From Spirosomataceae bacterium (GTDB lineage Bacteria; Bacteroidota; Bacteroidia; Cytophagales; Spirosomataceae), in contig JAKONH010000477.1 of assembly GCA_022702045.1 (NCBI GenBank), positions 1 to 48,992 on the forward strand: a stretch of 48,992 bases of DNA, read 5' to 3'. Position 1 is the stretch's first letter. Each line of letters opens with the position of its first letter. This document shows, one piece after another, positions 36,305-44,820 of the stretch. The notes beneath the pieces were generated by a model. The model saw only the letters and a program-made list of their open reading frames with translations, was not told the origin of the DNA and did not search any database. Made by a program: the position numbers and the translations under genes.

Positions 36305-38173
36305 TTAACGATTTGGTAACGATGTAGTTGGCGCAGCTTGATTGCCGTGTAACAGATCCGTAAAAATCCTGGCCTGCAAGGCGTTTGGCGAAAGAGCGCG
36401 GTCAAGGGTAAACGACCAGTTGGTTTTTGTGCCGAGCTGAATGATTTGTTCACTGGTTTTGCCCTGCTGCATAACCTGAAACGTGACAGAGTCACCCGGC
36501 TTTTGGGCTGTGCTCAATGCCCGGACGGCAGCCAGGTCGGTGGGTTTGCCATCGACCGTTTGCAGCCAGGCCCCGGACCGGATACCGGCTTTCCAGGCGG
36601 GTGAATCCCAATCCACTTTTGTTACCAGCACGCTGTCGTTACTCGCCCGAACGGTTAGGCCCAGCCAGCCAGCAGGCTGCGTTTGTTCGATTTTCGTAAG
36701 GGTTAGCCCGGCATAGGCAAGGTACGTTTTGTAGTCGAAGGGCGCAGTGGTCGATGCATAGGAAAAGACCTCGCTTAGCGACGTACCTGCTATTTTTTCG
36801 CAGACTGTCTGAAATTCGTCGTCGGTGAACCCTCGTTTCTTCGCTTGGTAGTACGTTTTGTACAGCGTACGCATCACGTCGTCAAGCGATCGTTTGTTCT
36901 GCGTTTTGTGCCGGATGGCGAGATCAAGCAGCAGACCGATGATCGGGCCTTTTTCGTAATACGAAATCGTCCTGTAAGCGTCGTCTCCCTGCCGGCCGAA
37001 TGGCCCATCGGACCAAGTGTCGTAGCTGGCTTGTGTCGCCGACTGAACTAGTCGTCCCGGCTTGTTCTCGAATGAATTAATCAGGCCCTGCCATGTTTGG
37101 AGCAACTCATCCTGCGTGATCAGCCCGGCCCGGCGCAGCATCAGGTATTCGTAATAGACGGTCAGCCCTTCCGATACCCACAGCATTCTGGTACGGTTCT
37201 CACGCTCGTAATCGAACGGCCCCAGCGCCCTGGGGCGAATGCGTTTGACGTTATAATGGTGAAAATATTCGTGGGCCAGAAAGCTGTACAGCGTAAATCG
37301 GCCTCTGGCCGTGTTTAGCCCCGATCCGTCGAAGCTGATGGATGTCGAGTTCAGGTGCTCGATGCCACCCCCACCTGGCCCGATGGCCAGAAACGTGTAG
37401 TGTTTGTAGGGAATGTCGCCAATGATATCGGCTCCCGCTGCGACGATTTTTTGTAGGTCCGTGACAAACCGCTGCTGGTCGAATTGTCCCATGTTGTACC
37501 CTACGAAGTAATGCGGGATACCGCGGACGGTGAAACTGGGTAGCTGGTTCAGGTCGCCCATCAGAATTGGGCTGTCGTATAACACGTCGGCGGTGGGGGC
37601 GGTAAAGGTGTGGCGCTGGCCAGGCAGCGAATCCAGGCCCGTCGCGACTATGTCGGGCCAGTGCTTGTACGGGTGTACCGTTAGTGTGATGGGCTGCTGA
37701 AGTCGCCCGGCAACGTAAACGAATACACCTGCTGGCGAGATATATCCTTTGCGCCGATCGAGGTACGGGCTGGCGACGAAATCGCGTGTCGCCGTGACAT
37801 CGTAGGAAAAGAGCAGGGTACGGGCCGATGTCGTCGATACACGCCAGGTATTCGACCCCGTTTTTGTACAGCTCAGTGGCTGATTCGTTTCGTCGGTTGC
37901 CCGAACGTTGCCGACGTTGGCCGCGTAATTCATCAACTGATAATACCCCGGTGTCCAGCTCGGCATTTTCAGCTCCAGCGTGGGTGCGTGGCGAACTGGG
38001 CAGCGGAACGTGACGTGGATTATATGCGAGTCAGGCTGTTCCATCGTCACGTCGAAATGAGCGGTTTCGGTCGTTGGCTGCGCTGATGCAGTTAGCGACA
38101 GAAGGAGCGCCAGAACCGCGTTTAACCAGGATGTATAAAGTATGGGGTGAGCCGGGGCTGACTGCGTATGCAT
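36305..38173 (-). CDS. M61 family glycyl aminopeptidase-like metallopeptidase with PDZ domain
   Basis: MPSWTPGYY, GGGIEH, HEYFH, WVSEGLTVYY, SYYEKG and PDZ-like DSPAWKAGI; ATG 38173. Confidence 0.92.
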   Translation of the reverse strand: MHTQSAPAHPILYTSWLNAVLALLLSLTASAQPTTETAHFDVTMEQPDSHIIHVTFRCPVRHAPTLELKMPSWTPGYYQLMNYAANVGNVRATDETNQPLSCTKTGSNTWRVSTTSARTLLFSYDVTATRDFVASPYLDRRKGYISPAGVFVYVAGRLQQPITLTVHPYKHWPDIVATGLDSLPGQRHTFTAPTADVLYDSPILMGDLNQLPSFTVRGIPHYFVGYNMGQFDQQRFVTDLQKIVAAGADIIGDIPYKHYTFLAIGPGGGGIEHLNSTSISFDGSGLNTARGRFTLYSFLAHEYFHHYNVKRIRPRALGPFDYERENRTRMLWVSEGLTVYYEYLMLRRAGLITQDELLQTWQGLINSFENKPGRLVQSATQASYDTWSDGPFGRQGDDAYRTISYYEKGPIIGLLLDLAIRHKTQNKRSLDDVMRTLYKTYYQAKKRGFTDDEFQTVCEKIAGTSLSEVFSYASTTAPFDYKTYLAYAGLTLTKIEQTQPAGWLGLTVRASNDSVLVTKVDWDSPAWKAGIRSGAWLQTVDGKPTDLAAVRALSTAQKPGDSVTFQVMQQGKTSEQIIQLGTKTNWSFTLDRALSPNALQARIFTDLLHGNQAAPTTSLPNR

Positions 38174-38373
38174 AACATCGATTTTAGCAAAGGTGGGCAA
38201 TGGTCCTGATTCGAGGGTTCCTGACAGGTGAACAGGCTCATTTAGAACGTAATAAAAGCAGTTGCCAGTAGATCATTGCGGTGCAGAACAGTTTTTGCTA
38301 AAAAACTATCAGCTTTAGTTCAGTACTGCGAAGTATCTTCGGGGCTGTAGTTAACTAAACTCAACTTGTATCG

Positions 38374-39513
38374 ATGATCCGTTTTACACAGCTCGTTGGC
38401 AGTCTGCTCATCGCGTTTTCGTTTCTGGTTCGCCCATCAGCCTCCGGGCAATCGCATGTGATGATCGGCTACGTGACGGGTGGCGGCTGGACGAAAGACC
38501 AGATTCAGGCGCGTAAATTGACGCACATCAACTATGCCTTCGCCGTTCCCGATTCGATGGGTGGACTGGCACCGATGAAAGCAAAAGACGAAGCGAACAT
38601 GGCCGCGCTGACCAGCCTGCGATCAGTCAACAAAGACCTGAAAATCCTGATTTCAATTGGTGGCTGGGGCGGCTGCAGGTACTTTTCCGATGCCGCCCTA
38701 AATGACGCATCGCGCCGGAAATTTGCCGATGCGGCTGTCGCGCTGCTCAAGAAAAATAAGCTTGATGGCGTCGACATCGACTGGGAGTATCCGGCGCAAA
38801 TCGGAGCGGGTAATATTTTTCGTCCGGAAGACAAACAGAACTACACGCTGTTTCTGAAAGCACTCCGCGACCGGCTCGATGAAGAAGGTAAGCGTGACAA
38901 CCGTACGGGTAAGAATCACTACCTGCTGACGTCGGCGACCGGGGGCGACACCGCCTTCGTGAACCATACCGAACTGGCTAACGCGCAGAAATACCTCGAT
39001 TACGTAAACATCATGACGTACGACCTGTACCATGGCAACGACAAGCAGACTGGGCACCACAGTCCGCTGTATCAGTCGGACCCGGCTCCGCACGCCCGTA
39101 CAGGCAGTGTTACGGCGGTGGAGGGCCACATCCGGGCGGGGGTTCCGGCTAGTAAGATCGTGCTGGGCGTACCGTTCTATGGCCGTGGTTGGAACGAGGT
39201 GACGCCTGAAAATAAAGGCTTGTATCAGCCTGCGCCGGGTAAGCATCTGTTCATTAGCTACGATGAACTGATGGAAAAATACATCAATAAAAACGGCTTC
39301 ACCCGCTATTGGGACGAAACGGCCAAGTCGCCCTATCTCTGGAATCCGACGCAGCGCATGTTTATTTCCTACGCCGATGCCGAATCGTTGAAAAACCGGG
39401 TCGACTACGTGAAGTCGAAGAAGCTGGCGGGAATCATGTTCTGGGAGTACATCTACGATCTCAAACAGAAAGACGTGCTGCTGGACGCAATGACCGACCA
39501 ATTGGCGAAATAA
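38374..39513 (+). CDS. Glycoside hydrolase family 18 (chitinase-like)
   Basis: Signal peptide; THINYAF, SIGGW, DGVDIDWEYP, MTYD, PFYGRGW and GIMFWE. Confidence 0.95.
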   Translation: MIRFTQLVGSLLIAFSFLVRPSASGQSHVMIGYVTGGGWTKDQIQARKLTHINYAFAVPDSMGGLAPMKAKDEANMAALTSLRSVNKDLKILISIGGWGGCRYFSDAALNDASRRKFADAAVALLKKNKLDGVDIDWEYPAQIGAGNIFRPEDKQNYTLFLKALRDRLDEEGKRDNRTGKNHYLLTSATGGDTAFVNHTELANAQKYLDYVNIMTYDLYHGNDKQTGHHSPLYQSDPAPHARTGSVTAVEGHIRAGVPASKIVLGVPFYGRGWNEVTPENKGLYQPAPGKHLFISYDELMEKYINKNGFTRYWDETAKSPYLWNPTQRMFISYADAESLKNRVDYVKSKKLAGIMFWEYIYDLKQKDVLLDAMTDQLAK

Positions 39514-39525
39514 TCGTTGGGTAAT

Positions 39526-39568
39526 ACTGGATTTAGCCCGACAAATGGAGACTCGGGCTAAATCCAGT
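39526..39568 (+). terminator. 16-bp inverted repeat after GH18
   Basis: ACTGGATTTAGCCCGA ... TCGGGCTAAATCCAGT. Confidence 0.65.
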
Positions 39569-39651
39569 TAAGATAGTAGCAGTTCCGGTAAAGAAAGGAG
39601 ACATAGACCGGTCGGCGAATACGTACTTTCGTAGATTCCGCTACAAACCGT

Positions 39652-42132
39652 ATGCCCCTGACCATGAACCAGAAACTGCTTCATTTTCTCCATCGTATTC
39701 TACCTGGTCTGCTTGTGCTGACGTTGCCCTGTGCGGGTCTGGCGCAGGTACCCAGTACCGCCAAGGCCAAAATGGCGGTTGTCAAAGGGGATTATCCAAT
39801 CCAGCCGGTGCCGTTTACGGCGGTAAAAGTCACAGATCAGTTCTGGGCACCGCGTATCCGGCGTAACCACGACGTGACGATCCCGATTGCCCTCCAACAA
39901 TGCTACAGCACGGGTCGGGTCGACAATTTTCTGGTAGCGGGTCACTTGAAGCAGGGTACCAAATTCTGTACGGAATACCCATTCGACGATACCGACATCT
40001 ACAAAATCATCGAGGGAGCGAGTTACTCGATCCAGACCTTTCCCGACAAGAAACTCGAAGCCCGCGTCGATTCGCTGATTAATTACGTAGCTGCCGCGCA
40101 GGAGCCCGACGGCTATCTTTATACTGCCCGTACTATCGACCCAGCGCACCCACACCCGTGGTCGGGGTTGAAGCGCTGGGAAAAAGAGTCGGACCTGAGC
40201 CACGAACTCTACAATAGCGGACACCTCTTTGAAGCGGCTGTTGCCCACTACCTCGCAACGGGCAAAAAAACGCTGCTTAACGTTGCCACCAAAAATGCCG
40301 ATTTGCTGGTGAAGGATTTCGGACCCGGCAAGCTGCGCTATTCGCCTGGCCATCAGATCGTGGAAATGGGGCTGGTGAAACTCTACCGCGTGACGGGTAA
40401 GAAAGACTACCTCGATCTGGCAAAGTTCCTGCTCGACGTACGAGGTACTGGTAAAGAATATAGTCAGGACCATAAGCCCGTTACGCAGCAGACAACAGCT
40501 GTGGGACATGCCGTCCGCGCGACGTACATGTATTCGGGTATGGCCGACGTAGCGGCTATTACCGGCGACAAAGCGTATGTCAATGCCATCGATAAAATCT
40601 GGCACGACGTAGTCGACAGCAAATACTACCTGACGGGGGGCATTGGCGCCGAGGGCGGGCATGAAGGGTTTGGTGAAGACTATAACCTGCCTAACATGAG
40701 TGCCTACAATGAAACCTGCGCAGCCATTGGGGAGATCTACTGGAATCAGCGTCTGTTCCTGCTGCACGGCGATGCCAAGTTCTACGACGTACTCGAACGG
40801 ACGTTGTATAACGGAATGCTGTCGGGCGTTTCCCTGAGTGGCGACCGATTTTTCTATCCCAACCCGCTCGAATCGCGCGGTCAGCACACACGGGCGGCCT
40901 GGTTCGGTTGTGCCTGCTGCCCCAGTAATGTCTGCCGGTTTATTCCGTCGATGCCGGGCTACGTCTATGCGCAGCGCGGAAACCGGCTCTACGCCAACCT
41001 CTTCGTAAACAGCACGGCTACGGTTTCGCTCGATGGCAAGCCGGTAACGATACTGCAGGAGACCCGCTATCCGTGGGACGGTGACATTGCCTTTACGCTG
41101 AATCCGGCCAAAACGGCTACGTTTGACCTGGCTATTCGGGTGCCGGGCTGGGCGCAGAACCAACCCGTACCGGGCGATTTGTATCACTTTGCCAGTCGGC
41201 AGGAACGTCCCGTTGTGCTGACGATCAATGGGAAGAAAGCGACATATAAGCTAGAGAACGGCTATGCTGTTCTGAATCAGCCCTGGAAAAAAGGGGATGT
41301 CGTGCGGTTGTCGCTGCCGATGGACGTCCGGCGGGTTGTGGCAAACGAAAAGATAAAAGCTGATCAGCACAAGGTTGCGCTGGAACGTGGCCCGATCGTC
41401 TACTGCACCGAATGGCCCGATTCCCCCGATGGTCACGTCCTCGACATGATCCTGCCCGACACGGCCCAACTGACGGCTTCGTACCGGGCGGGTAAGCTAG
41501 GTGGCGTTGAAGAAATTACGGCCAACGTGCAGAAGGTTCGTCGCGATCCAAACAACCAACTGGCGTTTGGCCCGGCCACGCTGACGGCCATTCCGTATTA
41601 TGCCTGGGCGAACCGGGGTAATGGTGAGATGAGTGTCTGGCTGGCTACACAACCCACCGTCGCCCGCGTCACGCCGGCGTCAACCATCGCGTCGACCAGC
41701 AAGCTGTCGGCTTCGACACCCAGCAAAACGCTGATGGCGCTGAACGACCGGGAAACGCCCAAGAACTCCAACGACCACGATAATATCTACTACCACTGGT
41801 GGCCGAAAAAAGATACGACGCAGTGGGTGCAATACACGTTTGCTAAACCCACCACCGTCGCGTCGTCAAAGGTGTACTGGTTCGATGACGGGCCGTGGGG
41901 CGGATGCCGCATTCCGGCGGGCTGGAAACTGCTCTATAAAACTGCATCCGGCAACTGGCAGCCCGTCGTAGCCAAGACGCCCTATGCTGTTACAAAAGAC
42001 CAGTTTGATACGGTCACGTTCGAGCCCGTCGAAACCGACGCGTTGCGCATGGAAATTCAGTTGCCGAAAGAAGCTTCGGCCGGTATCATCGAGTGGAGCG
42101 TGGATGCGACGAGCGATTTGAAAAATAAGTAG
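39652..42132 (+). CDS. GH127 beta-L-arabinofuranosidase-like protein with C-terminal discoidin-like domain
   Basis: FDDTDIYK, HELY, GHAVRA, YNETCA, FFYPNPL, CACCP and PYYAWANRG. The start could be the next in-frame Met (MNQKLL). Confidence 0.9.
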   Translation: MPLTMNQKLLHFLHRILPGLLVLTLPCAGLAQVPSTAKAKMAVVKGDYPIQPVPFTAVKVTDQFWAPRIRRNHDVTIPIALQQCYSTGRVDNFLVAGHLKQGTKFCTEYPFDDTDIYKIIEGASYSIQTFPDKKLEARVDSLINYVAAAQEPDGYLYTARTIDPAHPHPWSGLKRWEKESDLSHELYNSGHLFEAAVAHYLATGKKTLLNVATKNADLLVKDFGPGKLRYSPGHQIVEMGLVKLYRVTGKKDYLDLAKFLLDVRGTGKEYSQDHKPVTQQTTAVGHAVRATYMYSGMADVAAITGDKAYVNAIDKIWHDVVDSKYYLTGGIGAEGGHEGFGEDYNLPNMSAYNETCAAIGEIYWNQRLFLLHGDAKFYDVLERTLYNGMLSGVSLSGDRFFYPNPLESRGQHTRAAWFGCACCPSNVCRFIPSMPGYVYAQRGNRLYANLFVNSTATVSLDGKPVTILQETRYPWDGDIAFTLNPAKTATFDLAIRVPGWAQNQPVPGDLYHFASRQERPVVLTINGKKATYKLENGYAVLNQPWKKGDVVRLSLPMDVRRVVANEKIKADQHKVALERGPIVYCTEWPDSPDGHVLDMILPDTAQLTASYRAGKLGGVEEITANVQKVRRDPNNQLAFGPATLTAIPYYAWANRGNGEMSVWLATQPTVARVTPASTIASTSKLSASTPSKTLMALNDRETPKNSNDHDNIYYHWWPKKDTTQWVQYTFAKPTTVASSKVYWFDDGPWGGCRIPAGWKLLYKTASGNWQPVVAKTPYAVTKDQFDTVTFEPVETDALRMEIQLPKEASAGIIEWSVDATSDLKNK

Positions 42133-42158
42133 CCTACCAGATGTGTAGCCTGCCGGTA

Positions 42159-42214
42159 GTGTAGCCTGGCCCCGCGCCGGCGGCAACCGTAGCGCGGACC
42201 GGTCCAGGCTACAT
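42159..42214. repeat. REP-like palindromic element, copy 2
   Basis: GTGTAGCCTGG...CCAGGCTACA; inverted homolog of 288..343. Confidence 0.85.
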
Positions 42215-42238
42215 AAAGATTTTCCTCCCCATATATCA

Positions 42239-44611
42239 ATGAAACTCCCATCGAAACGTGTGCTTATCGTTAGCGCAACACTCGTTCACTCTCTCGCTCT
42301 TTCGCTCTTTACATATGCCCAAACCTATCTTCCGGAGCAGAACGACACCCGCGTGAAGGTAAAAACGGCTGTGCCGGTGCGAGCCTATTCGTTTGCGCCG
42401 GGCGACGTAAAACTGCTCGACAGTCCGTTCAAAACGGCGCAGGAGGCCGACACACGCTTTCTGCTGGGGCTCAAGCCCGATCGTCTACTGTCGCAGTTTC
42501 GGACGCATTCGGGGCTGAAGCCGAAGGGTAACATCTACGGCGGCTGGGAGTCGTCGGGGCTGGCCGGGCACTCGCTGGGGCATTACCTGTCGGCGATGGC
42601 GCTGCATTACGCGGCTACCAATGACCCTGAATTTAAAAAGCGGGTCGATTATGTGGTCGATGAACTAGCTGACTGTCAGCAGGCTCGCAAGACGGGCTAT
42701 GTCGGGGCAATCCCGAAAGAAGATACCGTCTTTGCAGAAGTGTCGAAAGGCATTATCCGGTCGCGGGGGTTCGATCTGAACGGCGCATGGTCGCCCTGGT
42801 ACACCGTACACAAGGTCATGGCTGGCCTGCTGGACGCATATCTGTATGCCGGGAATACCAAAGCACTGACGATCGAGACGGGCATGGCCGACTGGACCGG
42901 CGACATCCTGAAAAACCTGACCGACGAGCAGATTCAGCAGATGTTGCTCTGCGAATACGGGGGGATGAACGACGTGCTGGTAAACACTTACGCGCTAACC
43001 GGCAACAAAAAATACCTCGACCTGTCGTATAAGTTTCACGACCGGCGCGTGCTCGATTCGCTGTCGCATCAGCGCGATATTCTGCCCGGGCGGCACTCGA
43101 ACACGCAGATTCCCAAGCTCATTGGTACGATCCGGCGGTATGAACTTACCGGTAGTCAGCCCGATTTTGCTATGTCGGATTTCTTCTGGAATACGGTTGT
43201 CAACCACCATACGTACGCGCCCGGCGGCAACAGTAACTACGAATACCTGAGTACACCCGATCAGCTCAACGACAAGCTGACCGACAACACGATGGAGACC
43301 TGCAATACGCACAACATGCTGAAGCTGACCCGGCATTTGTTCGCGCTGCGGCCTACCGCTTCGTACATGGACTTCTACGAACGGGCGCTGTACAACCACA
43401 TTCTGGCGTCGCAGAACCATCAGGATGGTATGGTTTGCTACTTCGTGCCGCTGCGGATGGGAACGCGGAAACACTTCAGCAACGAGGAGGAAGATTTCAC
43501 CTGCTGCGTCGGTACGGGTATGGAAAACCACGTCAAGTATGGTGAAAGTATCTATTTCAAAGGCGCCGATGGCAGTCTGTTCGTCAACCTGTTCATGCCA
43601 TCGGCGCTGAACTGGAAAGAGAAAGGACTGCACCTGACCATGAACGCTAACCTGCCCAGCAACTCGACTGTCTCCATGACGATACAGGCCGACAAAGCGG
43701 TGTCGCTGCCAATTCGGATTCGTAAACCAGCCTGGCTCGGTGGCGATATGATCGTACGGGTGAACGGTAAAACCGTTTCGCAAACCATGCAGGACGGCTA
43801 CGTGGTCGTATCCCGCAAGTGGAAAACCGACGATAACATAGAGCTAACGCTACCGGCTAACCTGCGCTATCTGGCCATGCCCGATAACCCGGCCCGGCAG
43901 GCGTTTTTTTACGGCCCCGTACTGCTGGCCGGTGATCTTGGCGCCACCGAGCCCGACCCGACGCAGGGCGTCCCCGTCTTTGTAACCAGCACTGCCGATC
44001 CCAACGCATGGATCAAAGCGACCGATAAACCGCTGGAGTTTCGTACGAGCAGCACCGGTGGTCAGTCGGCGGTGACGCTCCGGCCGTTCTACGACCTGCA
44101 AAAAAACTTCTATACGGTATACTGGGACGTGTTTACACCCGAACGCTGGCAGCAACAGCAGGCCGTTTACGAACAGAAACGTCGGGAAGCCGCCGACCTC
44201 GAACGCCGGACCGTTGACCTGCTACGACTCGGCGAGATGCAGCCCGAACGTGACCACAACCTGACCGGCGACAAGCTGGAAGTGGGTGAAGACCATACCC
44301 GCAAGTTTCGCGTCGCCAACGCCGGCAGTGCCATGACGTTCACGATGAAAACCGCCCCCACGGCCCAGAATATCCTGATCGGTACGTACTGGGGGATGGA
44401 TAACCGGGGCCGTCAGTTCGATATCCTGGTCGATGACAAAGTGATCGTTAGCGAAGACCTCAACAAGTACAAGGAAAGCCGGTTCTACGATATTTCGTAC
44501 AAACTGCCCATCGAACTGACGCGGGGCAAATCGTCGGTTACGGTGAAGCTGCAGGCGAAGCCCAACAACGCAGCCGGCCCGGTCTACGGCGTCCGTATGG
44601 TGCGGGAGTAG
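42239..44611 (+). CDS. GH127/GH146-like (DUF1680) glycoside hydrolase
   Basis: YGGWE, GHSLGHYLSA, PWYTVHK, EYGGMN, HSNTQIPK, ETCNTHNMLKL and CCVGTGMENH. Confidence 0.9.
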   Translation: MKLPSKRVLIVSATLVHSLALSLFTYAQTYLPEQNDTRVKVKTAVPVRAYSFAPGDVKLLDSPFKTAQEADTRFLLGLKPDRLLSQFRTHSGLKPKGNIYGGWESSGLAGHSLGHYLSAMALHYAATNDPEFKKRVDYVVDELADCQQARKTGYVGAIPKEDTVFAEVSKGIIRSRGFDLNGAWSPWYTVHKVMAGLLDAYLYAGNTKALTIETGMADWTGDILKNLTDEQIQQMLLCEYGGMNDVLVNTYALTGNKKYLDLSYKFHDRRVLDSLSHQRDILPGRHSNTQIPKLIGTIRRYELTGSQPDFAMSDFFWNTVVNHHTYAPGGNSNYEYLSTPDQLNDKLTDNTMETCNTHNMLKLTRHLFALRPTASYMDFYERALYNHILASQNHQDGMVCYFVPLRMGTRKHFSNEEEDFTCCVGTGMENHVKYGESIYFKGADGSLFVNLFMPSALNWKEKGLHLTMNANLPSNSTVSMTIQADKAVSLPIRIRKPAWLGGDMIVRVNGKTVSQTMQDGYVVVSRKWKTDDNIELTLPANLRYLAMPDNPARQAFFYGPVLLAGDLGATEPDPTQGVPVFVTSTADPNAWIKATDKPLEFRTSSTGGQSAVTLRPFYDLQKNFYTVYWDVFTPERWQQQQAVYEQKRREAADLERRTVDLLRLGEMQPERDHNLTGDKLEVGEDHTRKFRVANAGSAMTFTMKTAPTAQNILIGTYWGMDNRGRQFDILVDDKVIVSEDLNKYKESRFYDISYKLPIELTRGKSSVTVKLQAKPNNAAGPVYGVRMVRE

Positions 44612-44629
44612 ATCCGATAAGTAATCAGT

Positions 44630-44669
44630 CAGCAAACGCCCGGTGAACTCATCGGGCGTTTGCTGTTTT
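44630..44669 (+). terminator. Intrinsic terminator
   Basis: CAGCAAACGCCCGGTGA-AC-TCATCGGGCGTTTGCTG followed by TTTT. Confidence 0.85.
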
Positions 44670-44820
44670 AGGACGAATGCGTTCGACCGTTCATGGAAAA
44701 ACCTATTCCCTGCCCATATTTGTTACGTTGTTAGTGAGTCCATCAAAGAGTGTTCGCCCATGCTGAATCGCTCTTTCAACATCCGTTGCGGCACTCGTTC
44801 ACTCTTTCATTCGTTTGTAA

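Noticed and set aside
36235-36495. Apparent 190-bp overlap of phospholipase C with the M61 peptidase
   Set aside because: The Tat signal MDTRRDFLKK defines the start at 36234, which removes the overlap.
39700-41187. 495-aa antisense ORF, and similar ones at 12832, 38698 and 42995
   Set aside because: They lie opposite well-supported genes; codon bias commonly leaves this antisense frame open, and they have no domain motifs.
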